Positions 16,286 through 23,278 of a stretch of 32,000 nucleotides of DNA are shown here, in pieces (position 1 is the first letter of the stretch; each line of letters begins with the position of its first letter). Source of the DNA: Janthinobacterium sp. B9-8 (lineage in GTDB: Bacteria > Pseudomonadota > Gammaproteobacteria > Burkholderiales > Chitinibacteraceae); the NCBI RefSeq assembly GCF_000969645.2, contig NZ_CP014222.1, positions 1,399,813 to 1,431,812 on the forward strand, in the 5' to 3' direction. The translations under genes and the position numbers were made by a program. Under the pieces are notes generated by a model. It saw only the letters and a program-made list of their open reading frames with translations. It did not search any database and was not told the origin of the DNA.

Positions 16286-16478
16286 CAGCGCCCTGCTGCT
16301 TGCTTCAGGCGCTAAAGGCGGGTTCTCGTGGGGTAATTCGTTGCTTCTTATTTCGAGCAGCTTAATAGCCTCAGGCGGGGCCGCCTTCAGCACGACGCAT
16401 TGCACGCCGTGGCGACAGTTTTACAGCTAGATTTGATGTGGCGTTAATCCTTAATTCGTGACAGTCACGACAAGACCA

Positions 16479-16919
16479 CTAAGAACCGATGCAATCGATT
16501 TTTTGCATTTTCTTTACAACCCAATTGTATTCATCCTGCAAGCTTTGGGTGGATCTGTGCCGCTGTTGGGACAAGATGCCGCGCTTTCGTAAAATTAACT
16601 GCGGGCATTCGTCAACATCCCATTGGTGAGATGAAACCACAGTGGATCGGGCTGCTTCTGCACTGCGCCGTTCTTGCTGGTTACGTTCAAGTTCGCGCTC
16701 AATGGCCTCTCGTGCCCTTGCCTCTTTAACGTAGCCAGACAAATCCGCACTACCAATGAGTGCATCTTTGTCGGTTATTTTCTTGGCCGTTTTTAAACCT
16801 GAATCCTCGCAAGGCATGTTTTGGTAGGTGTATTTTGGCCGTTTGCCGTCAAAACACTTAAACATTTCCGCTGAAGAATATGTGGAAGCAAAAGCAAACA
16901 TCATGAGCAGGTATTTCAT
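16479..16919 (-). CDS. Secreted DUF4124-like protein
   Basis: Signal peptide MKYLLMMFAFASTYSSA, then MFKCFDGKRPKYTYQNMPC (the DUF4124 signature Y.C.D..G...Y...PC) and a charged coiled segment. The ATG overlaps the antitoxin stop (ATGA). Confidence 0.7.
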   Translation of the reverse strand: MKYLLMMFAFASTYSSAEMFKCFDGKRPKYTYQNMPCEDSGLKTAKKITDKDALIGSADLSGYVKEARAREAIERELERNQQERRSAEAARSTVVSSHQWDVDECPQLILRKRGILSQQRHRSTQSLQDEYNWVVKKMQKIDCIGS

Positions 16920-17206
16920 TGATGCAAGGACTCAAGCGCCAAGCTTGGCGACTTCGAAACAATTTGCAGCAATGCTGCTGCTGGGCCGGTCGGGTTACGC
17001 CGGTGCTGTTCCCAATTTTGAAGCGTCTTTACGCTTACACGCATCAGCCCCGCAAACTCGCCCTGAGACAATCCTGTCTGTGCTCTGATCGCTCGCACAT
17101 CGGGCGGCAAAACCTCAAAACGACGTGCTGTTTGGTTCTCCCCGGATGCAATGCTTTTTGCTTCTTTAAGACTCTGCACCAAGTCCTCGAAAAGTGACGG
17201 TTCCAT
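16916..17206 (-). CDS. XRE-type HTH antitoxin (HigA/NadS-like, COG2944 type)
   Basis: GLSQGEFAGLMRVSVKTLQNWEQHRRNPTGPAAALLQIV is the hallmark of this antitoxin family. Lies 1 nt downstream of the toxin stop. Confidence 0.8.
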   Translation of the reverse strand: MEPSLFEDLVQSLKEAKSIASGENQTARRFEVLPPDVRAIRAQTGLSQGEFAGLMRVSVKTLQNWEQHRRNPTGPAAALLQIVSKSPSLALESLHQ

Positions 17207-17207
17207 G

Positions 17208-17519
17208 TTAAAGCTCCTTTACTAAATCGTGCAAAATCGCGGTCTCAGCGTCAGTTAGCGTGTCTTTTTTAGACTTGGGGTAAATGAGTAACATGTAAAT
17301 CTGATGGTCCTCCCTAACCCAGTAATAAATCGCCCTGACTCCACCACTTTTACCGCGGCCTGTGACGGCATAACGGATTTTACGAATACCTCCCCCGCCC
17401 TTAATAACATCGCCACGCGCGGGGTTTTCTACCAATTCATTTTGTAAGCCTCTGTATTCATCGTCTGTTAAAAGTGCTTTCAGCAAGCGGGTAAATGTTG
17501 GGGTTTCGATAAATTCCAT
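17208..17519 (-). CDS. RelE/ParE-superfamily toxin (HigB-like, PF06296-type)
   Basis: MEFIETPTFTR...GGGGIRKIRYAVTGRGKSGGVRAIYYW...IYMLLIYPKSKKDTL. Start at internal ATG 17519. The toxin-first gene order is typical of HigBA. Confidence 0.8.
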   Translation of the reverse strand: MEFIETPTFTRLLKALLTDDEYRGLQNELVENPARGDVIKGGGGIRKIRYAVTGRGKSGGVRAIYYWVREDHQIYMLLIYPKSKKDTLTDAETAILHDLVKEL

Positions 17520-17528
17520 GAGTAAAAT

Positions 17529-17545
17529 ACTATACGCCATTGGCG
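17529..17545 (-). promoter_or_regulatory. Candidate TA promoter -10 (TATAGT) with adjacent 11-bp palindrome CGCCAATGGCG
   Basis: On the minus strand, CGCCAATGGCG-TATAGT lies 9 nt before the toxin ATG. This suggests a near-leaderless transcript and an autoregulatory operator. Confidence 0.35.
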
Positions 17546-17584
17546 GACAAAACAAGGGGAAAATGTAGGGGTTTAGCGCGATAG

Positions 17585-17713
17585 TCAGGCTTGCTTACTG
17601 TGGGGCCAGCGATCTGAGTTCCAAAAATCAATAAAGTGCTTTTGCCTATCTGGCGGACTAGTGCAAGCCGAAAGCAATAAGGCCAGAAATATAAAATAAG
17701 CTTTAAATTTCAT
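17585..17713 (-). CDS. 42-aa lipoprotein candidate overlapping the zot stop
   Basis: Internal ATG 17713 gives MKFKAYFIFLALLLSAC|TSPP, with lipobox LLSAC. It overlaps the Zot stop by 11 nt. The 76-aa track ORF is probably too long. Confidence 0.4.
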   Translation of the reverse strand: MKFKAYFIFLALLLSACTSPPDRQKHFIDFWNSDRWPHSKQA

Positions 17714-18686
17714 TGTTTGTATTCCGGCCACTTTCACCCCCCTGATTGCCACTTGGCAAGTAAGAAAGAAAAACGCCATTCTTAACAATGCTCTCGCACA
17801 TACTTTGCGGGACATCTAAAGGCGTCGCCTGATTCGTGTAGCACTTACACCCCTTTGACGCGGTTTGCATACACACTTGAGGCGCAGGAACAGAAACAGG
17901 CTCAGTTAATTTATCGTAAACCGGTGCGGTATACGCCAGAGTGGGAATTCGCGGCTTTTGTTGTTCAATCCATTGCTCGCGCGTTAATTCGCCCTTAGAG
18001 CCCCCTGTAAAGCTTGACGTATTTAACGAAAAATGCGACGCCGGTGAAGACGCCGAAATATTAGGATCTGCTTTACTCTTTCCGACAATCATATTGTATG
18101 AATAATAAAAGCAGGAAATAACAAGAGCCAATAAAACAGGAATTAATAAAATCTTAGCGGGAATATTCCTTTTAACGGTATGTAATTCCGCACTTTTATA
18201 ATAATCGTAAACCTCTTTCGGATAAGACCAAACGTGTTTAATAGAATCTTTGCGCGATTTATCGCAATTCTCACGAACGCCCTGAAACTCATGAATAGTC
18301 GCTCTTTTAAGACCACATGGGCGCATAACATGGAAATGCTTACCAACCAAACGCCTGACGTTGCCATCGACCAACATCGGATGCTGAGTAATTAAAAAAA
18401 TATCATGCCCCTTGTGTCGATGGGTTTCCAGCTCGGAAACATGCTTAGGGACTGCTGAACCACTCGAACGAGTTCTAAACACGCGCTGACACTCATCAAT
18501 CACAATGATCGCGCCTTTAGGGCACTCCGGCCACTTCTCGGGCTCGATTTCAACCCACGGTAATTTTAAATCGTTGATGCCCGAATAAAAAACCTCTCGA
18601 TTGTCTTTTTCAGACAGTAATTTCACATCTTGCAAAGTACGCAAGGTTTTACCGGCACCTGGCATGCCTGTAATGAGCGTAATCAT
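17703..18686 (-). CDS. Zot-like assembly ATPase (inovirus pI)
   Basis: MITLITGMPGAGKT Walker A, IVIDECQ Walker B, central TM segment. ATGA coupling with the pVI-like gene. Confidence 0.85.
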   Translation of the reverse strand: MITLITGMPGAGKTLRTLQDVKLLSEKDNREVFYSGINDLKLPWVEIEPEKWPECPKGAIIVIDECQRVFRTRSSGSAVPKHVSELETHRHKGHDIFLITQHPMLVDGNVRRLVGKHFHVMRPCGLKRATIHEFQGVRENCDKSRKDSIKHVWSYPKEVYDYYKSAELHTVKRNIPAKILLIPVLLALVISCFYYSYNMIVGKSKADPNISASSPASHFSLNTSSFTGGSKGELTREQWIEQQKPRIPTLAYTAPVYDKLTEPVSVPAPQVCMQTASKGCKCYTNQATPLDVPQSMCESIVKNGVFLSYLPSGNQGGESGRNTNNEI

Positions 18687-18988
18687 TTAGTCACCCACTT
18701 CCTGAGAACGCCACCGGTCAAACCTTTAATCACCAAGTTAACAGTAATAGCGGAAAGCAAAATAGAAATACAAACATCAATTTTTAATAAACCCATGATT
18801 TGTAAAATCTGTACCGGCACATCTTTGATGTTCTGAATAATATCCAGTTTAATGTTTTCTAATAACTTATGAATGCCGCCATAAGAAACAACACCCACAC
18901 CAAAAGCAATTAAAGCCCGACCAAAAAATGACGCGGCCGCAGAAACCAAGCCCCCAATTAATGCAGCAATCCATGGTGCAGCAAACAT
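18683..18988 (-). CDS. pVI-like minor coat protein (DUF2523-like)
   Basis: 101 aa with three hydrophobic segments, between pIII-like and Zot. AGGGG RBS. Confidence 0.6.
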   Translation of the reverse strand: MFAAPWIAALIGGLVSAAASFFGRALIAFGVGVVSYGGIHKLLENIKLDIIQNIKDVPVQILQIMGLLKIDVCISILLSAITVNLVIKGLTGGVLRKWVTK

Positions 18989-18997
18989 AAAAAACCC

Positions 18998-20359
18998 CTA
19001 TGCTAATGACGAAGAAACAATTTTAACCGCGGCTAATAAAGTAAATGCGACTGCTATATTGCCCATCGCCTCTAAAAACTTATTTAACTTTGAAATCGGG
19101 ATTGGAACGGTTTGGCCCATTAAAACCACATTAAAATCAGACAACCCCCCTGAGCCTAAAAACCGAGTCTGTTTAATTGAGTCCTCTAAATCCATAGGGT
19201 TTTTAGAAAAACCAAGCTCAGCTCTTATCGAACTTGTACCCGAAGCATCCATGGCCGCAACACCGGACTTATAGAGAGCCGAGTCAAGCATTTCTTTACG
19301 GTCTTTTTCCTCTAAACACTTCTCATGCCATGCCAACCTTGCTATCTCGCACGTAGCAGGATCAGCATTCACGCATTTAAACGCTTCGCACGAAGCGGCT
19401 AAGCTCATAGGCCCACTGGCAGAGGCAGATGACGCAGAAGTACTGCTGGCGGGCAGACGTGTACCTGTACCGGTTCCTGTGCCGGTCCCTGAGGGGCCGG
19501 AAGGGTTTGGTTTTGGATCTTTGGGATCAGTTGGCTTATCGTCCGGCTTAGGGTCCCATTTATCGCAATTGCCAATGCAAGCATCTGGCGCAGGGAGATC
19601 ACCGGGTTTAATTGGCGGAGGTACACTAGTGCTTAAACAGCGTTTAACCTCACCTGTGCCGTCACCCCAAGAAATCGTTCCAAAAGACGTACCTTCAGGA
19701 CAATCTTGAGGGCCGTTCGGCTCCTTTGGCTTGGGCGCATCAGGCGGAAATGGTGATCCATTAGGCTTGGGTCCATTTTCTTTTACCGTACATTGTTCAC
19801 CTGTAAACTTCATCTGCATTCGCATAAATGCATTACCAGCTGTATCTCCAACAACATTACCACCAATTGAATTTTTAATAGGCGGGCCATTTGCTACAGT
19901 TTCACAACCATCAATACACGTAGGAAAACCAGATTTTGAAAATGAATTAAAAGAACCGGAATCAAACAAAACAGCCGCCCCTCCACCAGACGGCATTTTA
20001 ACGCCAGGGATAGGGATATTATATATGCCTGCACTTTGATTTTTTTTATCATCGCATAAAGAGGCTTTAATGCGAGTAAATCCGCGATTAATTCGAATAC
20101 CGGTTGTAGACGTTTTAGCCCATATAGAAACAACACATCCAGCACCAATTGGAATGCCGGGGCATGTATTGCTTGATACGTCATGACCAACGCTGTAACC
20201 AACCGAAGTAGCATAAGAAATAGTAAACCCTAAAGGATCACTAGTAGTTTTACCAGTCTCATTATCTATATACAAAACTGCAGAATTAGCTAATCCGCAG
20301 AGAAAATAAGCCACAATGCCAATAAACAAACGACTATATAAAGTAATCCTTCCATTCAT
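18998..20359 (-). CDS. pIII-like adsorption / minor coat protein
   Basis: N-terminal signal/TM segment, Cys-rich N-domains, Pro/Lys-rich and GTGTGTGTGT/Ser-rich linkers, and C-terminal membrane anchor IAVAFTLLAAVKIV. Position after the major coat gene. Confidence 0.65.
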   Translation of the reverse strand: MNGRITLYSRLFIGIVAYFLCGLANSAVLYIDNETGKTTSDPLGFTISYATSVGYSVGHDVSSNTCPGIPIGAGCVVSIWAKTSTTGIRINRGFTRIKASLCDDKKNQSAGIYNIPIPGVKMPSGGGAAVLFDSGSFNSFSKSGFPTCIDGCETVANGPPIKNSIGGNVVGDTAGNAFMRMQMKFTGEQCTVKENGPKPNGSPFPPDAPKPKEPNGPQDCPEGTSFGTISWGDGTGEVKRCLSTSVPPPIKPGDLPAPDACIGNCDKWDPKPDDKPTDPKDPKPNPSGPSGTGTGTGTGTRLPASSTSASSASASGPMSLAASCEAFKCVNADPATCEIARLAWHEKCLEEKDRKEMLDSALYKSGVAAMDASGTSSIRAELGFSKNPMDLEDSIKQTRFLGSGGLSDFNVVLMGQTVPIPISKLNKFLEAMGNIAVAFTLLAAVKIVSSSLA

Positions 20360-20434
20360 ATCAACCCCTAATCATTTCGTATGAGCGCCCGTGCGCCGCA
20401 AGCGTCGCCCAGTCGCTCATCCAAAATTTAGGCG

Positions 20435-20459
20435 AAAAAAGAGCGGCAAAAAGCCGCCC
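20435..20459 (-). terminator. Rho-independent terminator after the major coat gene
   Basis: On the minus strand, GGGCGGC-uuuuu-GCCGCUC followed by UUUUUU, 16 nt after the coat stop. Same arrangement as the Ff terminator after gene VIII. Confidence 0.6.
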
Positions 20460-20475
20460 ATTGCTACAGGAAAAA

Positions 20476-20685
20476 TTAAATAAGCGCGTTTTTTGCCCAC
20501 TTATACACTTTAATACCAACATAAATAGAAAGTGCAGCTGTACCAATCAGGGCGATTGCTTTCTGAGCCTCACCCATTTCAGCAAGAACAGCAGAAACAT
20601 CAACAGCTGCAAATGCAGGAGCAGCAATTAAAGTACCAGCAACAACTACAGCAACACGATAACCGCGCTTTAAAAATTTAGTCAT
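20476..20685 (-). CDS. Inovirus major coat protein (pVIII-like)
   Basis: Start at ATG 20685 with GGAG 6 nt upstream; the track ORF starts at 20697. Signal peptide MTKFLKRGYRVAVVVAGTLIAAPAFA|AV. The 47-aa mature protein has an acidic N-terminus, a hydrophobic core and a basic C-terminus. Confidence 0.75.
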   Translation of the reverse strand: MTKFLKRGYRVAVVVAGTLIAAPAFAAVDVSAVLAEMGEAQKAIALIGTAALSIYVGIKVYKWAKNALI

Positions 20686-20899
20686 TTGAATCTCCATCTT
20701 GGTTGATAGTCTTAATTAAGACACGAAAAAAATAGGCAGTTGCCCACAATAACGCAATGGCCGCTAAGACCGGCTTTGCATCCTCAATAGTCCAATCCAT
20801 TACTGAACCAGACGTAATAACATATTGGCAGTTAGTCGCCACATTTGAAGCGATTTGCAATAGGCCATCAGGGCGAATTGAAACGCATTGTTGAATCAT
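20678..20899 (-). CDS. Small membrane protein (pVII/pIX position)
   Basis: 73 aa with one TM segment (VLAAIALLWATAYFF). Its stop overlaps the coat ATG (ATGACTAA). Confidence 0.45.
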   Translation of the reverse strand: MIQQCVSIRPDGLLQIASNVATNCQYVITSGSVMDWTIEDAKPVLAAIALLWATAYFFRVLIKTINQDGDSND

Positions 20900-20903
20900 T
20901 TAA

Positions 20904-22109
20904 TTAGCCATTCACTAATTTAAGCGTTTGCACATCATTAGCCGCGTATTGCGTCATACGGGCTTGATGATCCCAATACCAGCTCGGAGCCTCTGCCATA
21001 GGCTGTATGTCGATGACTTTAATCACCGTCGTAAATTTCTGCGTATTTTCTAATGGCTCAGAAATATCAATACCATAGTCACGTAATACCTTTGCATATC
21101 TATAAAACGTTCTAGTCGTTAAATGAGAACGCACATCCTCGCCACGCAAGTAAGCCAATGCGGCCATCTTGGGGCCTGAACCAATGTCTAGCGTATCAAA
21201 ATCAATTCGGGTGATGTCTTCACGAACACGCCCCAAAATTGGGTTTACGTGCTCATCAAATAACGCATTTAATTTGGGCATGGTGATATCTCCAATAAAT
21301 CGAAGTGATGAATCGCGCAATAACAAACGCCCTGCTTCCAGCTCGAAACGAATTACACCGTTTTTCAAACAAAATTGGTAAACGGGATCGTTTAAAACCT
21401 CTTCACGGGTGCGTCCATGCGCCTTTGCGTGGTCCAACATTTCGTTGGCTTTGATATAGCATTTCAAATAAACGCGACCGCCCTTCTTACCCCAAGCAAT
21501 CGTTGATTCACCTGAACGGGAACGCTTTACGTGTGATTTTGATTGTGTGGCCAGCCAATCAATGGCGGCTTGTGCATTACCGGCCGAACCGGTGATGTAG
21601 TTTTTTGTTAAGTGCAGCATCGAAACCGTTGCGCCAGTCCACTCTTCCATTAAACCGTGCTTAAAATCGTACTCAGACGGGCGCATGTTTTCGTGATAGT
21701 CACCCGAATGGAACTTAGGCAGCCCGTATTCACTCAAAAATTCGTTAGCCTTGGCTAAGGTTTCGTCAAAGCTAAGGTTAAAAAGGTTGTCAGGGCGATC
21801 AAACCGGCCAACATTGCCAGAAAATTCGACGCGACTACCATCACAACGCAACATCAGACCGGATGAAAAAGAGCCTTCGTGGTGAACTCTCGAATGCGAA
21901 ACCCACTCTTCATCATCATCGATCTGCATTGTGTCCAGGTCGCGGCCATACTTCACGACAAAACCGGAATCAACATATGGCAGCGAAAGATCACTTTTAG
22001 GGGGTAAGTTCTCATTGCCAAGCAATACCGAAAACGGGCCAACAAATTCCACATTCTTGGAAAAATCAGACTGCGACAGTGTGATCCAATCTACAAAAAC
22101 ACCTGACAT
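20904..22109 (-). CDS. Filamentous-phage replication initiator (gpII / Phage_CRI family)
   Basis: 401 aa. FVDWITLSQ N-terminus, STIAWGKKGGRVYLKCYIK and GVIRFELEAG parallel M13 gpII segments (STVTWNE.., GLVRFEARIK). GAGGTG RBS. Confidence 0.8.
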   Translation of the reverse strand: MSGVFVDWITLSQSDFSKNVEFVGPFSVLLGNENLPPKSDLSLPYVDSGFVVKYGRDLDTMQIDDDEEWVSHSRVHHEGSFSSGLMLRCDGSRVEFSGNVGRFDRPDNLFNLSFDETLAKANEFLSEYGLPKFHSGDYHENMRPSEYDFKHGLMEEWTGATVSMLHLTKNYITGSAGNAQAAIDWLATQSKSHVKRSRSGESTIAWGKKGGRVYLKCYIKANEMLDHAKAHGRTREEVLNDPVYQFCLKNGVIRFELEAGRLLLRDSSLRFIGDITMPKLNALFDEHVNPILGRVREDITRIDFDTLDIGSGPKMAALAYLRGEDVRSHLTTRTFYRYAKVLRDYGIDISEPLENTQKFTTVIKVIDIQPMAEAPSWYWDHQARMTQYAANDVQTLKLVNG

Positions 22110-22146
22110 TTTCCCACCTCAAAAACAGCCTAAAAATTGCAATGCA

Positions 22147-22258
22147 GTCTCAAATTGAGACAAAAGACGGGGGGGTCTTACGCGGTTAAAACGAGCGGTC
22201 AAAATTGGGGTTTTGTGCCAACTTGGCACAAAAGACGGGTATTACTAGAGACCCGTCT
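22147..22258. other. Hairpin cluster in the inovirus intergenic region (candidate origin / packaging signal)
   Basis: Four hairpins: GTCTCA-aat-TGAGAC (22147-22161); AAGAC-GGGGGG-GTCTT (22164-22179); TTTTGTGCC-aactt-GGCACAAAA (22211-22233); AGACGGGT-10 nt-ACCCGTCT (22233-22258). A 12-bp direct repeat ACAAAAGACGGG occurs at 22160 and 22228. Confidence 0.45.
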
Positions 22259-22278
22259 CCAAAACCGAACCCCCAGAC

Positions 22279-22581
22279 CTACCCCGCCGAGGCGGTTTTT
22301 TGAGAAATTCCGACCACAACCGGAACCAAGCGACCGGCGAACTGAGTCATGTCCGTGACGAGCTCCAAAGTGGCCGGAAATTTGATACCTGCGAACTGGG
22401 CAACGCACTCGGCAGTCGCGCCGATTTGGACGATTTCAAAACCGTGACCAGTTTTCGAAAATGCATCGTTCGAAACGGTCTCAACCGGAACGAGCGTGTT
22501 GATGTTGCACATGTCGTAGGGCTTGCCCGTTTTCTTAGCGATGCCCTTCATACGTGAAATACCGGCGACGATTGCTTGCAT
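22279..22581 (-). CDS. gpV-like ssDNA-binding protein
   Basis: 100 aa. GISRMKGIAKKTGKPYDMCN resembles M13 gpV TRSGVSRQGKPYSLNE. C-terminal FAGRLVPV resembles M13 DRLRLVP. AGGA RBS. Confidence 0.5.
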   Translation of the reverse strand: MQAIVAGISRMKGIAKKTGKPYDMCNINTLVPVETVSNDAFSKTGHGFEIVQIGATAECVAQFAGIKFPATLELVTDMTQFAGRLVPVVVGISQKTASAG

Positions 22582-22673
22582 GGTTTATTTCCTGTTGGTT
22601 TTGGTCGAAAGTGGTAAAGATGAATTCGGGGTTTTGTGGAATACCCAGTAAAATGGAATTCAGCTAATCGTTT

Positions 22674-22730
22674 GTTCTCAGCTGAGAACAGACAGAACGA
22701 ATTGTTGTTCTCAGCGAAGAACATTGTCAA
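22674..22730. promoter_or_regulatory. Two palindromic operators plus the leftward phage promoter
   Basis: O1 is GTTCTCAGCTGAGAAC (22674-22689, perfect 16-bp palindrome). O2 is GTTCTCAGCGAAGAAC (22707-22722). A perfect TTGACA on the minus strand at 22725-22730 has AACAAT 18 nt downstream, so O2 sits in the spacer. Confidence 0.5.
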
Positions 22731-22738
22731 CAGGAAAA

Positions 22739-23128
22739 ATGATGAAGCTTGTAATCGACTACGCGGATGACGCGAAAGAAAAGCTAGGAATGACGACAGA
22801 TTCAGACCTAAGCAAACACCTAGGCGGCAGTCGTGGCTTGGTTACACAGTGGAGAACAGAGGGGAAAGTGCCGGACGACTACTACTGCATTCGCATTGGA
22901 CAAATACTTGGAATTGATCCGCTAATTGTGATCAGCGCCGCAAACTTTCAGCGCGAAAAATCGACTGAGCGAAAGGCGTTTTGGGAAAATTTCAATTCGG
23001 GCCGTACTGGAAAAATACTAGGAACGGCCCTGATAGCGGGGATGTTAGCGACGCCCTCCCCTGAAGGGGTGAAGGCTGAAACGAGTTTGTCTTACTCGGG
23101 ACTGACTACAATAGTGTATATTATGTAA
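22739..23128 (+). CDS. HTH repressor-like protein of element 2, with a C-terminal hydrophobic segment
   Basis: Divergent from the structural operon. HTH SDLSKHLGGSRGLVTQWRTEG. AGGA before ATGATG at 22739/22742; the track start at 22724 is a TTG. The last 8 codons and the stop lie inside dif-like site C. Confidence 0.6.
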   Translation: MMKLVIDYADDAKEKLGMTTDSDLSKHLGGSRGLVTQWRTEGKVPDDYYCIRIGQILGIDPLIVISAANFQREKSTERKAFWENFNSGRTGKILGTALIAGMLATPSPEGVKAETSLSYSGLTTIVYIM

Positions 23129-23131
23129 AGC
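23104..23131 (+). other. dif-like site C (element-derived XerC arm plus host XerD arm; attR)
   Basis: GACTACAATAG-TGTATA-TTATGTAAAGC. Central region 6/6, XerD arm 8/11 to E. coli dif, and a degenerate XerC arm (4/11 to the host arm of site A). Confidence 0.7.
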
Positions 23132-23215
23132 TAATACTTAAAAACGCATGAACCTTACAAGTGCTTTTTGCTTTGCATTACATGGTTTAGGGCAAGAAGA
23201 CTCAAGGTTTTGAAC

Positions 23216-23261
23216 AAAAAAACGCCTGAATTGACGTGTTTCTTTAGTCAATTCAGGCGTT
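23216..23261 (-). terminator. Rho-independent terminator of the ABC-F gene
   Basis: 15-bp perfect stem AACGCCTGAATTGAC / GTCAATTCAGGCGTT with an 11-nt loop. On the minus strand it is followed by seven U. Confidence 0.75.
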
Positions 23262-23278
23262 TAATTTTTTCTGTATTT

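Larger units (their letters stand above)
15719..23114. mobile_element. Integrase-less filamentous (inovirus) prophage, about 7,396 bp, bounded by dif-like sites B and C
   Basis: Canonical inovirus module (SSB, Rep, major coat, pIII, pVI, pI/Zot) plus a divergent repressor. Bounded by dif-like sites. Confidence 0.85.

Noticed and set aside
19461-19490. GTGTGTGTGT dipeptide repeat in the pIII-like protein as a possible slipped-strand phase-variation tract
   Set aside because: The codons differ (acc ggc aca gga acc ggt aca ggt aca), so there is no perfect nucleotide repeat. It is more likely a flexible linker, like the Gly-rich linkers of Ff pIII.
19405-20214. Alternative-frame and antisense ORFs inside the pIII-like gene, and 20361-20546
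   Set aside because: They overlap better-supported genes or the coat-gene terminator. No RBS or motifs.
22137-22408. ORFs of 69-73 aa across the inovirus intergenic region
   Set aside because: They run through the hairpin cluster and into the SSB gene in other frames. Arg/Pro-rich translations.
22674-22689. Palindrome considered as a LexA (SOS) box
   Set aside because: The proteobacterial LexA consensus is CTGT-N8-ACAG. Here the symmetric TGT/ACA are 12 nt apart and the left CTGT is absent. A phage repressor operator fits better.
23054-23061. CCCTCCCC as a KOPS-like (GGGNAGGG, minus strand) FtsK-orienting motif near dif
   Set aside because: A single occurrence inside phage DNA. No polarity pattern can be judged from one window.
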